Notes under the pieces: generated by a model
The model's database searches: none
Seen by the model: the letters and a program-made list of their open reading frames with translations, nothing else
What the model was told of the DNA's origin: nothing
Origin: a virus
Virus record (IMG/VR): IMGVR_UViG_3300037140_000174
Coordinates: 1 to 64,000 of that record
Length of the DNA stretch: 64,000 nt
Reading direction: 5' to 3' (one strand)
Program-made: the position numbers and the translations under genes
Part shown: positions 54,188 through 61,982 of the stretch, piece after piece
How positions within the stretch are numbered: position 1 is the first letter of the stretch
How the letters are laid out: each line of letters begins with the position of its first letter

Positions 54188-55209
54188 CCCATATTGCTTA
54201 TCAGTTGAAAGAAGTTGCTCCCCGATGTGCATACACAACACTCCTCCGTAATTGCTATCTTTTCAGAAATACTCAGTGAGCGTTGCAGGAGCTGAGCACT
54301 CACACCAGCTTCCACATCAGGGTGCTTGAAAGGTAACACGTCCCTGACAATGCCCATCGAGGCATCAGTGACTACTGTTACCTTTCCACCCTTCACAGTC
54401 AGGATGGTTTTTGCAGATTCAGGGTCAGCTACAATGCGTGCTCGTGAAAGCGCATTGTCTAATAGCTTCGGCACGTCTACCATTTGTGGAGTTGTACTTA
54501 TCTTTTTCTTTATCTGACCGGCAAAATCAAGAGGACGATCATTTTGAATTATCCTACCATAAACGGTTACCTCACCAATTGAGGCAATTGCCCAATCCTT
54601 GCTCAGTGAAAGTGTGGCATCCTCAACTTCTGGGATTTTAAGCACAGTTTCACAAAAAGAAGTTGGAATCATGTAATCAGGGAGTTTTGGGTTTCCCTTT
54701 ATTGTAGTGATATATCGCGTCAATGTATCCCCATCACAGGAATACATAGTTATGGCTTTATCTTTCTGAGTAATTGAAACCCCTTTCAGGGCAGGCATAG
54801 CCTCACTCTTAGCCACAGTCATTAAGCAACGATCAAGGCCATTTAGGAAGTCACTGTCAATTTTGACCGTAATATCCGGTGCTTCTTCAGGCTCAGTAAA
54901 TAGAAATTCATCGTCAGGATGAAACGGAAGCTTGAAAGTACTCTTACCAGCCTTGATGACTAGATCATGCCCTTCAAAATCAATCTCAACTTCCTCAGAA
55001 TAGCTATTCTTGAGTAGCCCAAGCAGTGTCTTGCCATCAACCCCGAATGATTGCTCAGTTTCACACTTGGTTACAATCCCAAGCACGTCATTGTAGGCTG
55101 CTACTTCACTGCCATTGAATGTGAAGCATTTGAAGATTGGGACTAGGTCACCATCAGCTAATGCACGGCCAACTAGCTCCAAAGTATCAACCAGTTCTTT
55201 TCTATTCAT
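54184..55209 (-). CDS. dnaN: Sliding clamp (DnaN beta-like)
   Basis: 341 aa; N-terminal R.EL...L, PIF..F, P.L.GV, .DG..L, AL.RA; adjacent to polymerase and dnaX. Confidence 0.8.
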   Translation of the reverse strand: MNRKELVDTLELVGRALADGDLVPIFKCFTFNGSEVAAYNDVLGIVTKCETEQSFGVDGKTLLGLLKNSYSEEVEIDFEGHDLVIKAGKSTFKLPFHPDDEFLFTEPEEAPDITVKIDSDFLNGLDRCLMTVAKSEAMPALKGVSITQKDKAITMYSCDGDTLTRYITTIKGNPKLPDYMIPTSFCETVLKIPEVEDATLSLSKDWAIASIGEVTVYGRIIQNDRPLDFAGQIKKKISTTPQMVDVPKLLDNALSRARIVADPESAKTILTVKGGKVTVVTDASMGIVRDVLPFKHPDVEAGVSAQLLQRSLSISEKIAITEECCVCTSGSNFFQLISNMG

Positions 55210-55850
55210 ACTAACCCCTTTGATCTTAAGCGAAGGCTGATAGCTCGAATTGCTTTTTTCGATGTTTCAAACAAACCGAGATAAAATCTTTCTCCCTTTA
55301 TTGAAACATCTGCTCTAAATTTATTGTGGTGAGCACGCACATTTACACTCTTAGTTCTTCTCCTATTATTGTTTTGAGTATCCCAATCTGCCCAGCAACA
55401 ATTCCATTTAGCGTAAGGCCCGTCATTATCAATTCTCTCAATAGTTAATCCCTCAGGGGCTTCTCCCATATCAGATAAGAAGTTTTCAAAAACAAGCCAT
55501 CTAGTACACACCACAATCCCTCTGCCACCATATCGATTATAGGACTTAGCTTTTTTATTTGTGCAGCGTTGCACCATTGCGTTCCAGACTTGGTTTGTTT
55601 TAGATTTTGAAAAATGAGTGGTGTGCCCATGTTTGAAATTTCGTTCACGCCGGTAACACCCACAGCTCCTTGTGCTCCCGTACCTCAGTTCACCTGACCT
55701 AACCAAACAAACGGTTCCACAATCACACTTACACTTCCACCTAAATTGTCCCTTCTTGTTCCCCTTAGCCCCAATTTCTACTGTATCCCTTGATAATACA
55801 ATCAACTTTCCAAAACGCTCACCAGTCAAATCTATCAGTTTCTTATTCAT
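55206..55850 (-). mobile_element. HNH-type homing endonuclease
   Basis: DLTG.RFG.L, W.C.CDCG, SCGC, YGGRGI.VC.RW, TIERIDNDG.Y...NC.WA...Q.NN. Confidence 0.85.
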
Positions 55851-56739
55851 TTAATGGTTGCCTGAAAACCAATAGGAATTCGTGGGAAGGTACGAGTTTG
55901 GTTCCTTTCCAGGCGTTACTAGCACGAGTCGCCGCAGACGCAAAATTCTTACTCAACACCACTTGTTGCCAGTAAATGAAACCAGCTTCTCGAAAGTTAT
56001 CTATGGTATGGCCAGGAAAATCAATTAACTCACCTGTTTTTTTATTGCGGAATGGCCCTACGACAATACATACGAAAGCACCCGGCTTCATTAACTTAGC
56101 ATGAGCTAGAGCACTCAGGAACATGGCCCCATTGAATTCGTCATAGGACGACATGTTGCTTAAGTCATCAGATTGATCACTGTACTTCTCAAGATCATGG
56201 TAGGGCGGGCATGTTAGGGCGAAATCAAACTTGGGTAGTTCAGGATCCAGGAAACGCCCATCACCAAGAATATAACTAGCACCAGTGAGGCCAAGAGAAT
56301 TGAGAACTGCCACGTTTTCATCTATTTGCTCTTGCCTGATGTCAAAGCCGGTGTATTTGTATCCCATGATACTAGATACGAGTCCTCTTGGGGGACCCCC
56401 CGCAAATGCATCCAAGACGGTGGACCCAGTCGGACCCCCATAACGCAGTAGTATCCATTCGACCAATGGAGCAGGAAAGACTGATACTGTGCCAGTGTAG
56501 ACGGAGTCATGATCCTTCCTCATAGTTTCAGCGCGGGAACCGTCATGCCCGGTTTCCCCGGTCAGCCTGCGCCAATCACGCACGCTGCGGCGGATCAATT
56601 CATCAACCCGCCAAACAGTTGTAGTAGTCTGGAACCACAGCTTTCCAGGCCCAGGTCGGACATAACCCTGCTGAGCACTTAAAAGAAGGGGGCGCTCTGT
56701 GTATAAAGTGCGCCCCCCTGAAGTTCGTTTAATTAGCAT
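55843..56739 (-). CDS. Orphan amino (N4-C/N6-A) DNA methyltransferase
   Basis: VLDAFAGG motif I, TCPPY motif IV, HEFLLVF. Confidence 0.85.
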   Translation of the reverse strand: MLIKRTSGGRTLYTERPLLLSAQQGYVRPGPGKLWFQTTTTVWRVDELIRRSVRDWRRLTGETGHDGSRAETMRKDHDSVYTGTVSVFPAPLVEWILLRYGGPTGSTVLDAFAGGPPRGLVSSIMGYKYTGFDIRQEQIDENVAVLNSLGLTGASYILGDGRFLDPELPKFDFALTCPPYHDLEKYSDQSDDLSNMSSYDEFNGAMFLSALAHAKLMKPGAFVCIVVGPFRNKKTGELIDFPGHTIDNFREAGFIYWQQVVLSKNFASAATRASNAWKGTKLVPSHEFLLVFRQPLNE

Positions 56740-56959
56740 TTTCTCTTGTTTCGCCAGCCATCATCATGCTTGAAATCTTCTCCAGCATTCCCTGAAGATT
56801 CTTCAGGACCTGAAAAGGTAGATGAATTGCTGAGTGGTACGTGGCAGTTTCGTCATTCCCATCAAGAGAAGTTCCAAATGAAATTGTCACTGAGTTATCC
56901 CGATATGACGTGACAGACATATGGTTGACAAAGATGGCAGGCACTTCGTTCTGCTTCAT
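56729..56959 (-). CDS. Hypothetical protein
   Basis: Fills the gap on the operon strand. Confidence 0.55.
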   Translation of the reverse strand: MKQNEVPAIFVNHMSVTSYRDNSVTISFGTSLDGNDETATYHSAIHLPFQVLKNLQGMLEKISSMMMAGETRENAN

Positions 56960-56960
56960 T

Positions 56961-57722
56961 TCACTTCCCTTTCCTGGAAGGCTTCACAACATCGTCCTTA
57001 TGAGTGAGCCTGAAAACGCCACCAGGAAGCTTTTCAAGCTTGTGGCCCTCACTGGTGAGCTTCGTCAGAACATTGTAGAACTTACCTCCAGTAGCCTCCT
57101 TGATGTCCTTTGATGTCGCCCCCTTTTCATAGAGTTCTACCGCCTTAGCGGTTTTTGTCCCAATGATAATGCCGAATTTATCCTTCGCTCCGGTGATATT
57201 AGCGTAACTGGAGGGCTCACGCTTTTTCTTTGGCTGTTTTGCAGCAGGTTTGGCCACCTTGCCACCTCCCGCAGGCTTCTTGCTCTTTGCTTTTTTGGCG
57301 GCTTGAGCTTCAGCTTCTTCATTTTCGGATTCGGCTTCAGCTTCCTCAGAAGCTGAGAGCTCTTCATCAGACTCAGCGGCTTCCTCAGGTTCATCAGCCG
57401 GCTCATCATCAGCTTCTTCAGTGTCATCAGCTTCTTCAACTTCAGCCTCATCTTCAGGCTCATCCTCAGCCTCTTCAGCGACCTCAGCCTCAAGATCAGG
57501 GAACTCCTCAATCTCATTCTTTTTGTTTCTGGCTTCAGTAGCTGCATTAAACCAATCAGCAGCTTCCTGGGATATGGTATCAAACAGGTCATCGTCCTTG
57601 CTGCACGCAATGTCAAAACCACGGATCAATGCCACCAAGTAATCCTGGCGACTGTCAAAATCTTCCTCCTTTTTACGCATCTTCCATGCTTTACGCAGTT
57701 CTTGCTCAATTTCAGACATCAC
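56961..57722 (-). CDS. Acidic-linker, Lys-rich protein with C-terminal winged-helix-like domain
   Basis: Long E/D tract, KKAKSKK tract, GAT.KDIKEATGG..YNVL..L...GH. Confidence 0.65.
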   Translation of the reverse strand: MMSEIEQELRKAWKMRKKEEDFDSRQDYLVALIRGFDIACSKDDDLFDTISQEAADWFNAATEARNKKNEIEEFPDLEAEVAEEAEDEPEDEAEVEEADDTEEADDEPADEPEEAAESDEELSASEEAEAESENEEAEAQAAKKAKSKKPAGGGKVAKPAAKQPKKKREPSSYANITGAKDKFGIIIGTKTAKAVELYEKGATSKDIKEATGGKFYNVLTKLTSEGHKLEKLPGGVFRLTHKDDVVKPSRKGK

Positions 57723-58294
57723 GCTTGCTCCTGAAGAAGGGACTTGAGCGTCCCAGTGAAGTCATAGTTACGGAGTTCATTTAGGCGGGCTGTGTCAAAG
57801 CCAAGGATACGCCTTAACCGCATATTGAGGTTTTGGCGCTTTCTTTTGACTTTGGGCTTACCCCTTAGAGCTTCTGGGTTATTCTCAATAATGTCAAGAG
57901 CCATTTGTAGCTCTTCCGGAGCCTCAGCCAACAAGGCTGAGACGTAACCATTGTTCGTCACTTCCCCTATACGTCCGGTAGCCAGTTCTGGTGCATCCAC
58001 CGATGTTTCTTCGTGGACTACACGCTTACGTTTAACGTAGCGTGCGTTATCGTGCATATTGTTGGTCATGGCCATTTTGAAGAGGCCCATGAAAATCTGG
58101 GGTTCTGTAATTGAGGGGTAGGATTCAACTATCTTCAGGTAAATCAAATAGGCGTCTTGGAGCAGGTCTTCGAAGTCATTTATCGGATCACAGCGCCATT
58201 TATTTCTGCTTATGAAATTACAGGACCATGCTCGTATTGGGCCTTCCCACTTTGGCGTCCAGTTAAGCTTCGAGCGTAAACGCTTCTGCTGCAT
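57719..58294 (-). CDS. Sigma-70 region 2-like transcription factor
   Basis: DFEDLLQDAYLIYLKIVESY...F...F.....N...D; GGAGG SD before ATG 58294. Confidence 0.7.
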   Translation of the reverse strand: MQQKRLRSKLNWTPKWEGPIRAWSCNFISRNKWRCDPINDFEDLLQDAYLIYLKIVESYPSITEPQIFMGLFKMAMTNNMHDNARYVKRKRVVHEETSVDAPELATGRIGEVTNNGYVSALLAEAPEELQMALDIIENNPEALRGKPKVKRKRQNLNMRLRRILGFDTARLNELRNYDFTGTLKSLLQEQA

Positions 58295-58324
58295 CGGCCA
58301 AGCCTCCAATTAGTGAAGGTGCCG

Positions 58325-58354
58325 ACGCTAGCGAATTAACAAATTGGCCGTCAA
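58325..58354 (-). promoter_or_regulatory. Host sigma70-type promoter upstream of the sigma-like gene
   Basis: TTGACG-16 nt-GCTAGCGT, similar to the alphaproteobacterial TTGAC...GCTA pattern, in the only gap of this region. Confidence 0.5.
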
Positions 58355-58377
58355 CTTAAATCTACACGAGATCCCAC

Positions 58378-59352
58378 TCATTTGTATTTATCAACGAGCT
58401 TTAGAACTTGTTGTTCAGACAATTCTCCAGGATCTTTTATCCCTTCTGGCAATGCGCCGATAATTACGTTTTTTGAGTGTAGCCAATCAGCCGCATAGAA
58501 AGCAGGTTCAACTGCATCTTGATCAAAGAGAACCACAACCTTTTTGAATCTACGCCTAAGCGCACTTAGAATGCAAATCTGGTCAATACTCATTGTGACA
58601 CCAAAGACACAAGTGGCCCTAGCCCCATATTGCTTCCCGTAATAGTCCAGTTTCAGGGCATCAAAGGGGCCTTCTACTATAAAGAGTGTATCGTCCCCTT
58701 TTTGAAGCTTTTCCTCAAAGCAAACAGTGTGCTTCACTGCTTCAGACGAACTGAGGTATCTGGGTGCATTGACTGGGTTGCTGATTGCGCGTCCTGTCCA
58801 CCCTACCAAGTCACTGTTAGAATCATAGAATGGGATAACCACCCTATCCTTCCAACGTCCGCTTAAAGCACACTGCAATTCATATTCTTCAACCAAGCAT
58901 GAAATGCTGGTGAATCCCCTCCTCTTGAGATAGTTCCAGAACTTCTTGGTTGGCCCATCCTTTTTTACAGTTCTGAACTCTTCAGGCAACTCAAGGGGGT
59001 GGGCTGAGGGAGCCCATTTGTCGGGCTTAGGGGGCTCACTGGTGGCGGTTAAACTGGCCAAGGCCTCGTCAAGGTTGGACGGATCGGGGCGACTGTACTG
59101 CCCCGCTACCAGTTTAGCCTGCCCAAACGAGCATCCAAGCAGGCCCTGGATAAGTTTTTGGGGGCTTTTACCCCTATGAGCACCATTCCTGAGGCAACCC
59201 CAATTCTCAGTGGTAAGGCTGATCCCAAGATGTTCAGATGGATCGTCGTCACCACAGAACGGGCAGTGAATCGACACTTCACCACGCTTGGTGTTGCCAC
59301 TTTTTGTAACATACCCAATGTGGTTATCATCTAGAAATTCTATCCAGTTCAT
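58378..59352 (-). CDS. DNA primase (Zn finger + TOPRIM)
   Basis: CPFC...H, YL..RG, GW.GR, IVEGPFDA, FDQD, KDPGE. Confidence 0.88.
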   Translation of the reverse strand: MNWIEFLDDNHIGYVTKSGNTKRGEVSIHCPFCGDDDPSEHLGISLTTENWGCLRNGAHRGKSPQKLIQGLLGCSFGQAKLVAGQYSRPDPSNLDEALASLTATSEPPKPDKWAPSAHPLELPEEFRTVKKDGPTKKFWNYLKRRGFTSISCLVEEYELQCALSGRWKDRVVIPFYDSNSDLVGWTGRAISNPVNAPRYLSSSEAVKHTVCFEEKLQKGDDTLFIVEGPFDALKLDYYGKQYGARATCVFGVTMSIDQICILSALRRRFKKVVVLFDQDAVEPAFYAADWLHSKNVIIGALPEGIKDPGELSEQQVLKLVDKYK

Positions 59353-59573
59353 TTGGATTTTTTGGGCGTATTTACATAGAAACTAATTGGATCCAGGCAG
59401 GCCCAATGACAAAGGGCTAAAAAGAAACGCACTGTAATTGGCCTCCCTGCTTCTGCTCTCCCCCAGGTTCGCCTATCAACGTGAAACTCTTTACTAATTT
59501 CACGGATACTATAGGCCAGGGCTTCACGTTTTTCCTTCACCATTTTGCTGAACCGTTTCCAATCCACTTTCAT
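59349..59573 (-). CDS. Cro/C1-type HTH protein
   Basis: SIREISKEFHVDRRTWGRAEAG. Confidence 0.7.
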   Translation of the reverse strand: MKVDWKRFSKMVKEKREALAYSIREISKEFHVDRRTWGRAEAGRPITVRFFLALCHWACLDPISFYVNTPKKSK

Positions 59574-60027
59574 GACTTATCTCCTCTATGGCTCTGACAG
59601 CTCCTGCTCTCTGATTGTTATATTTTCCCCGATAAGGTTGTTCAGTTGGCTCATCCAATAATTGAAATACAATTTGCGCTATTGGCATCCCACTAATGAG
59701 CCTTAAGTGATCCCGACTATTGTTTGTGATCTCAAGTGTGAGGTATCCACACCATCCTGGCTCTATAATCGTATTTTGTACGAACAACCCCTTTCTAGCC
59801 CACGATGATTTATCAGCCACTTGAGCCAACAAATCATTGTGCATACTGAAACGCTCAATTGAAGAACCTAAGAAAAACTCGCCAGGGAACAGCAGCATGC
59901 TTTCAGCTACCCGGATATCATACCCAGTAGACGACAACCCATAGGTCATGCCATGAGCTACTGTTCGCTCAACAAACGGCGTGATTAGAGTTCTACGTCT
60001 GCGGATAGACTGCGCACTCAAGATCAC
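59524..60027 (-). CDS. dcd: dCTP deaminase
   Basis: GLSSTGYDIR, KSSWARKGL, IEPGWCGYLTLE, IAQIVF, Y.GKY..Q. Confidence 0.9.
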   Translation of the reverse strand: MILSAQSIRRRRTLITPFVERTVAHGMTYGLSSTGYDIRVAESMLLFPGEFFLGSSIERFSMHNDLLAQVADKSSWARKGLFVQNTIIEPGWCGYLTLEITNNSRDHLRLISGMPIAQIVFQLLDEPTEQPYRGKYNNQRAGAVRAIEEISHESGLETVQQNGEGKT

Positions 60028-60218
60028 AAGGGTAACTCCAATTGAGCTTTACGAAATTCAAAGCAGCCACAATATTTACAGCCTACATTTGCCATATTAT
60101 CGTAGCTATCAAAATGTCGGTAATACGGATGTCCACATACACATTCAGCTTCCTGATCGAAGCTTTTATTCCACACTAGTTCTGTTCTGTGCCTTTCAAG
60201 ATAGGGTTGTTCATTCAT
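60024..60218 (-). CDS. Small Cys/His zinc-binding protein ending in QLELPL
   Basis: CVCGH...H.....C..CGC..F; coupled to neighbours. Confidence 0.65.
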   Translation of the reverse strand: MNEQPYLERHRTELVWNKSFDQEAECVCGHPYYRHFDSYDNMANVGCKYCGCFEFRKAQLELPL

Positions 60219-61762
60219 AGTCTAACCTTCCCTGCAAGAAGTTGCTTAAGCATGTCAGCACCGGCTTTATTCGATTTGTAGAGCGGGTAGTCAGCAGTCC
60301 TGCGCATAAGCAGATCATAAATAAGTACGCGCTGGCTTTGACCCGGACGCCATACCCTACGCTCGCTTTGTTGTCGGTCAATTGGCGAATCGGGTTGCTC
60401 AAAATATATCAAGTAGTTGGCGGTTTGTAGATTTAGAGAACTCGAACCAGACTTATCATTAAGAACCAAAACAGTACAATCAGGGTTATCCTTGAACAAC
60501 CGTAATTGCCCAATTGGGTCTTTTTGCTTCCCCCAGATTCTAGCGTGGTTGATCTTCAGCTTCTTGAGACGGTCACTTATTATCGTATTCGTAAAGACAA
60601 AATGGTGGAAAATAATCGCTTTACGCCCGAACGGTAAGGATATAAGTATATCCTCCAACGCTTCCAACTTAGGGTTATCCTCGAGCCGAATCTGAATTTT
60701 GTCATCATCTGTGCCTTTCAAGGTCATGAAGCCAGATGAAAGCTGTCTCAGCTTAAGGTATTCTGACTCCACTTCACGATATTGTCCGTCTTTGATTGCC
60801 TCACGAAGCTTCTTGGTTGAAGCCTCGGCATACACATTGGAAGCGTCTGGGCAGTTGACGTTCTTGATTATGTATTCCTTAGGAGGCATGTCGTAGAATT
60901 CATCAATGCCGTAATAAATAGAACAGTTCTTTATCGTCCGTTCCAGCTTTGGCATCAGCTTCTTTTTAAATGTGTGTTTGTATCCTCCGAAGTATCCCTG
61001 CTTACTGTCAAAAAATAAATCGCGGTAAAAGCCCATTGTCGGGCCTAGCGTCTCACCGAAATCAATTAAGTAATACTGCGGCCATAGGTCCTGCAAATCC
61101 TTGCCAAAGGGCGTCCCCGTAAGCCCCATGACCCAATCACACTGGGCTGAGATAGCCCTGCACATGCGGTAATAGAGTGAAGTCACTCCTTTACATTTAT
61201 GGATCTCATCCATCACCAACATGTCGAAATCAGCAAAGTACTTCCTCACTTGCTTCGGGGTTAGCGTCCATTTTGTTTTGCCCTTTTTTGAAGTAGCTGT
61301 CTCACTGACCATCGCAAGAGCAGACTGATAGCAAATAACGAATAAATCGCCAGGAGCAGACATTGCAGACAAATTATCGTTGCCACTACCCAGTAAAGGG
61401 ACGCATAGAAGATCTGGAGCATGTTTCTTTACCTCTTCAACCCAGGTTTCTACGCTAGTGATGTAGGGCACAAATACGATGGCTTTAGGCTTATCACCAC
61501 GCTGCTTCCTATACTTCAGCAGCATCAAGGTTAGCAGCGTCTTGCCACCCCCCATGTCAATGTGAAAGATGAAGCGTTTAAGTTCAAGCAAAATTAGGAA
61601 GCAGGCTAGCTGATGGTCCCACGGCTTGATCTGCCCAAAGTCAGGCTTGGGCTTAAGTTCAGACAATGCTGCCAATAGCTCTTTGCGGGAGCAATCCTTT
61701 AACCAATCAAACGAGTCAAGCTTCCTAGCTAGGAACTCATCTATGATTCGTTTGTTAAGCAT
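60215..61762 (-). CDS. SNF2-family helicase
   Basis: DMGGGKT, MDEIH, LTGTP, SLNLQ.A, QSERRVWRPGQ. Confidence 0.9.
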   Translation of the reverse strand: MLNKRIIDEFLARKLDSFDWLKDCSRKELLAALSELKPKPDFGQIKPWDHQLACFLILLELKRFIFHIDMGGGKTLLTLMLLKYRKQRGDKPKAIVFVPYITSVETWVEEVKKHAPDLLCVPLLGSGNDNLSAMSAPGDLFVICYQSALAMVSETATSKKGKTKWTLTPKQVRKYFADFDMLVMDEIHKCKGVTSLYYRMCRAISAQCDWVMGLTGTPFGKDLQDLWPQYYLIDFGETLGPTMGFYRDLFFDSKQGYFGGYKHTFKKKLMPKLERTIKNCSIYYGIDEFYDMPPKEYIIKNVNCPDASNVYAEASTKKLREAIKDGQYREVESEYLKLRQLSSGFMTLKGTDDDKIQIRLEDNPKLEALEDILISLPFGRKAIIFHHFVFTNTIISDRLKKLKINHARIWGKQKDPIGQLRLFKDNPDCTVLVLNDKSGSSSLNLQTANYLIYFEQPDSPIDRQQSERRVWRPGQSQRVLIYDLLMRRTADYPLYKSNKAGADMLKQLLAGKVRL

Positions 61763-61982
61763 TGTTTTCTAGTTCCTCACGCGTCTTTGCCCCCTTCTCA
61801 TATTTCTCTTTAAGCCGAAGGAAGTAAGCCTGAGCCATATAGACAATTATATCTGGTTCATGTTTTGCAAAAATCCCGCACGTTATCTCCTCAGTAGATT
61901 TTATCGCCCCTTCTGGGGAGTCAAACAGCCCCTCAATTATCTCCTTCATCTCCCGCTGGGAGGTTCTCCCAATAAACGCCAT
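61755..61982 (-). CDS. Hypothetical protein
   Basis: Fills the gap on the operon strand. Confidence 0.5.
   Translation of the reverse strand: MAFIGRTSQREMKEIIEGLFDSPEGAIKSTEEITCGIFAKHEPDIIVYMAQAYFLRLKEKYEKGAKTREELENNA

Noticed and set aside
58335-58358. CtrA box near the sigma-like gene promoter
   Set aside because: The two TTAA half-sites are 16 nt apart, not the canonical 7
59349-59573. Lysogeny switch
   Set aside because: Single HTH within a co-directional operon; no divergent repressor, integrase or att site visible, so lifestyle cannot be called
51272-60027. Hypermodified-base system (dU, hmU, Z or 7-deazaguanine)
   Set aside because: Only dcd and a degenerate UDG domain are present; no purZ, queuosine-pathway, dpdA or hydroxymethylase genes seen here
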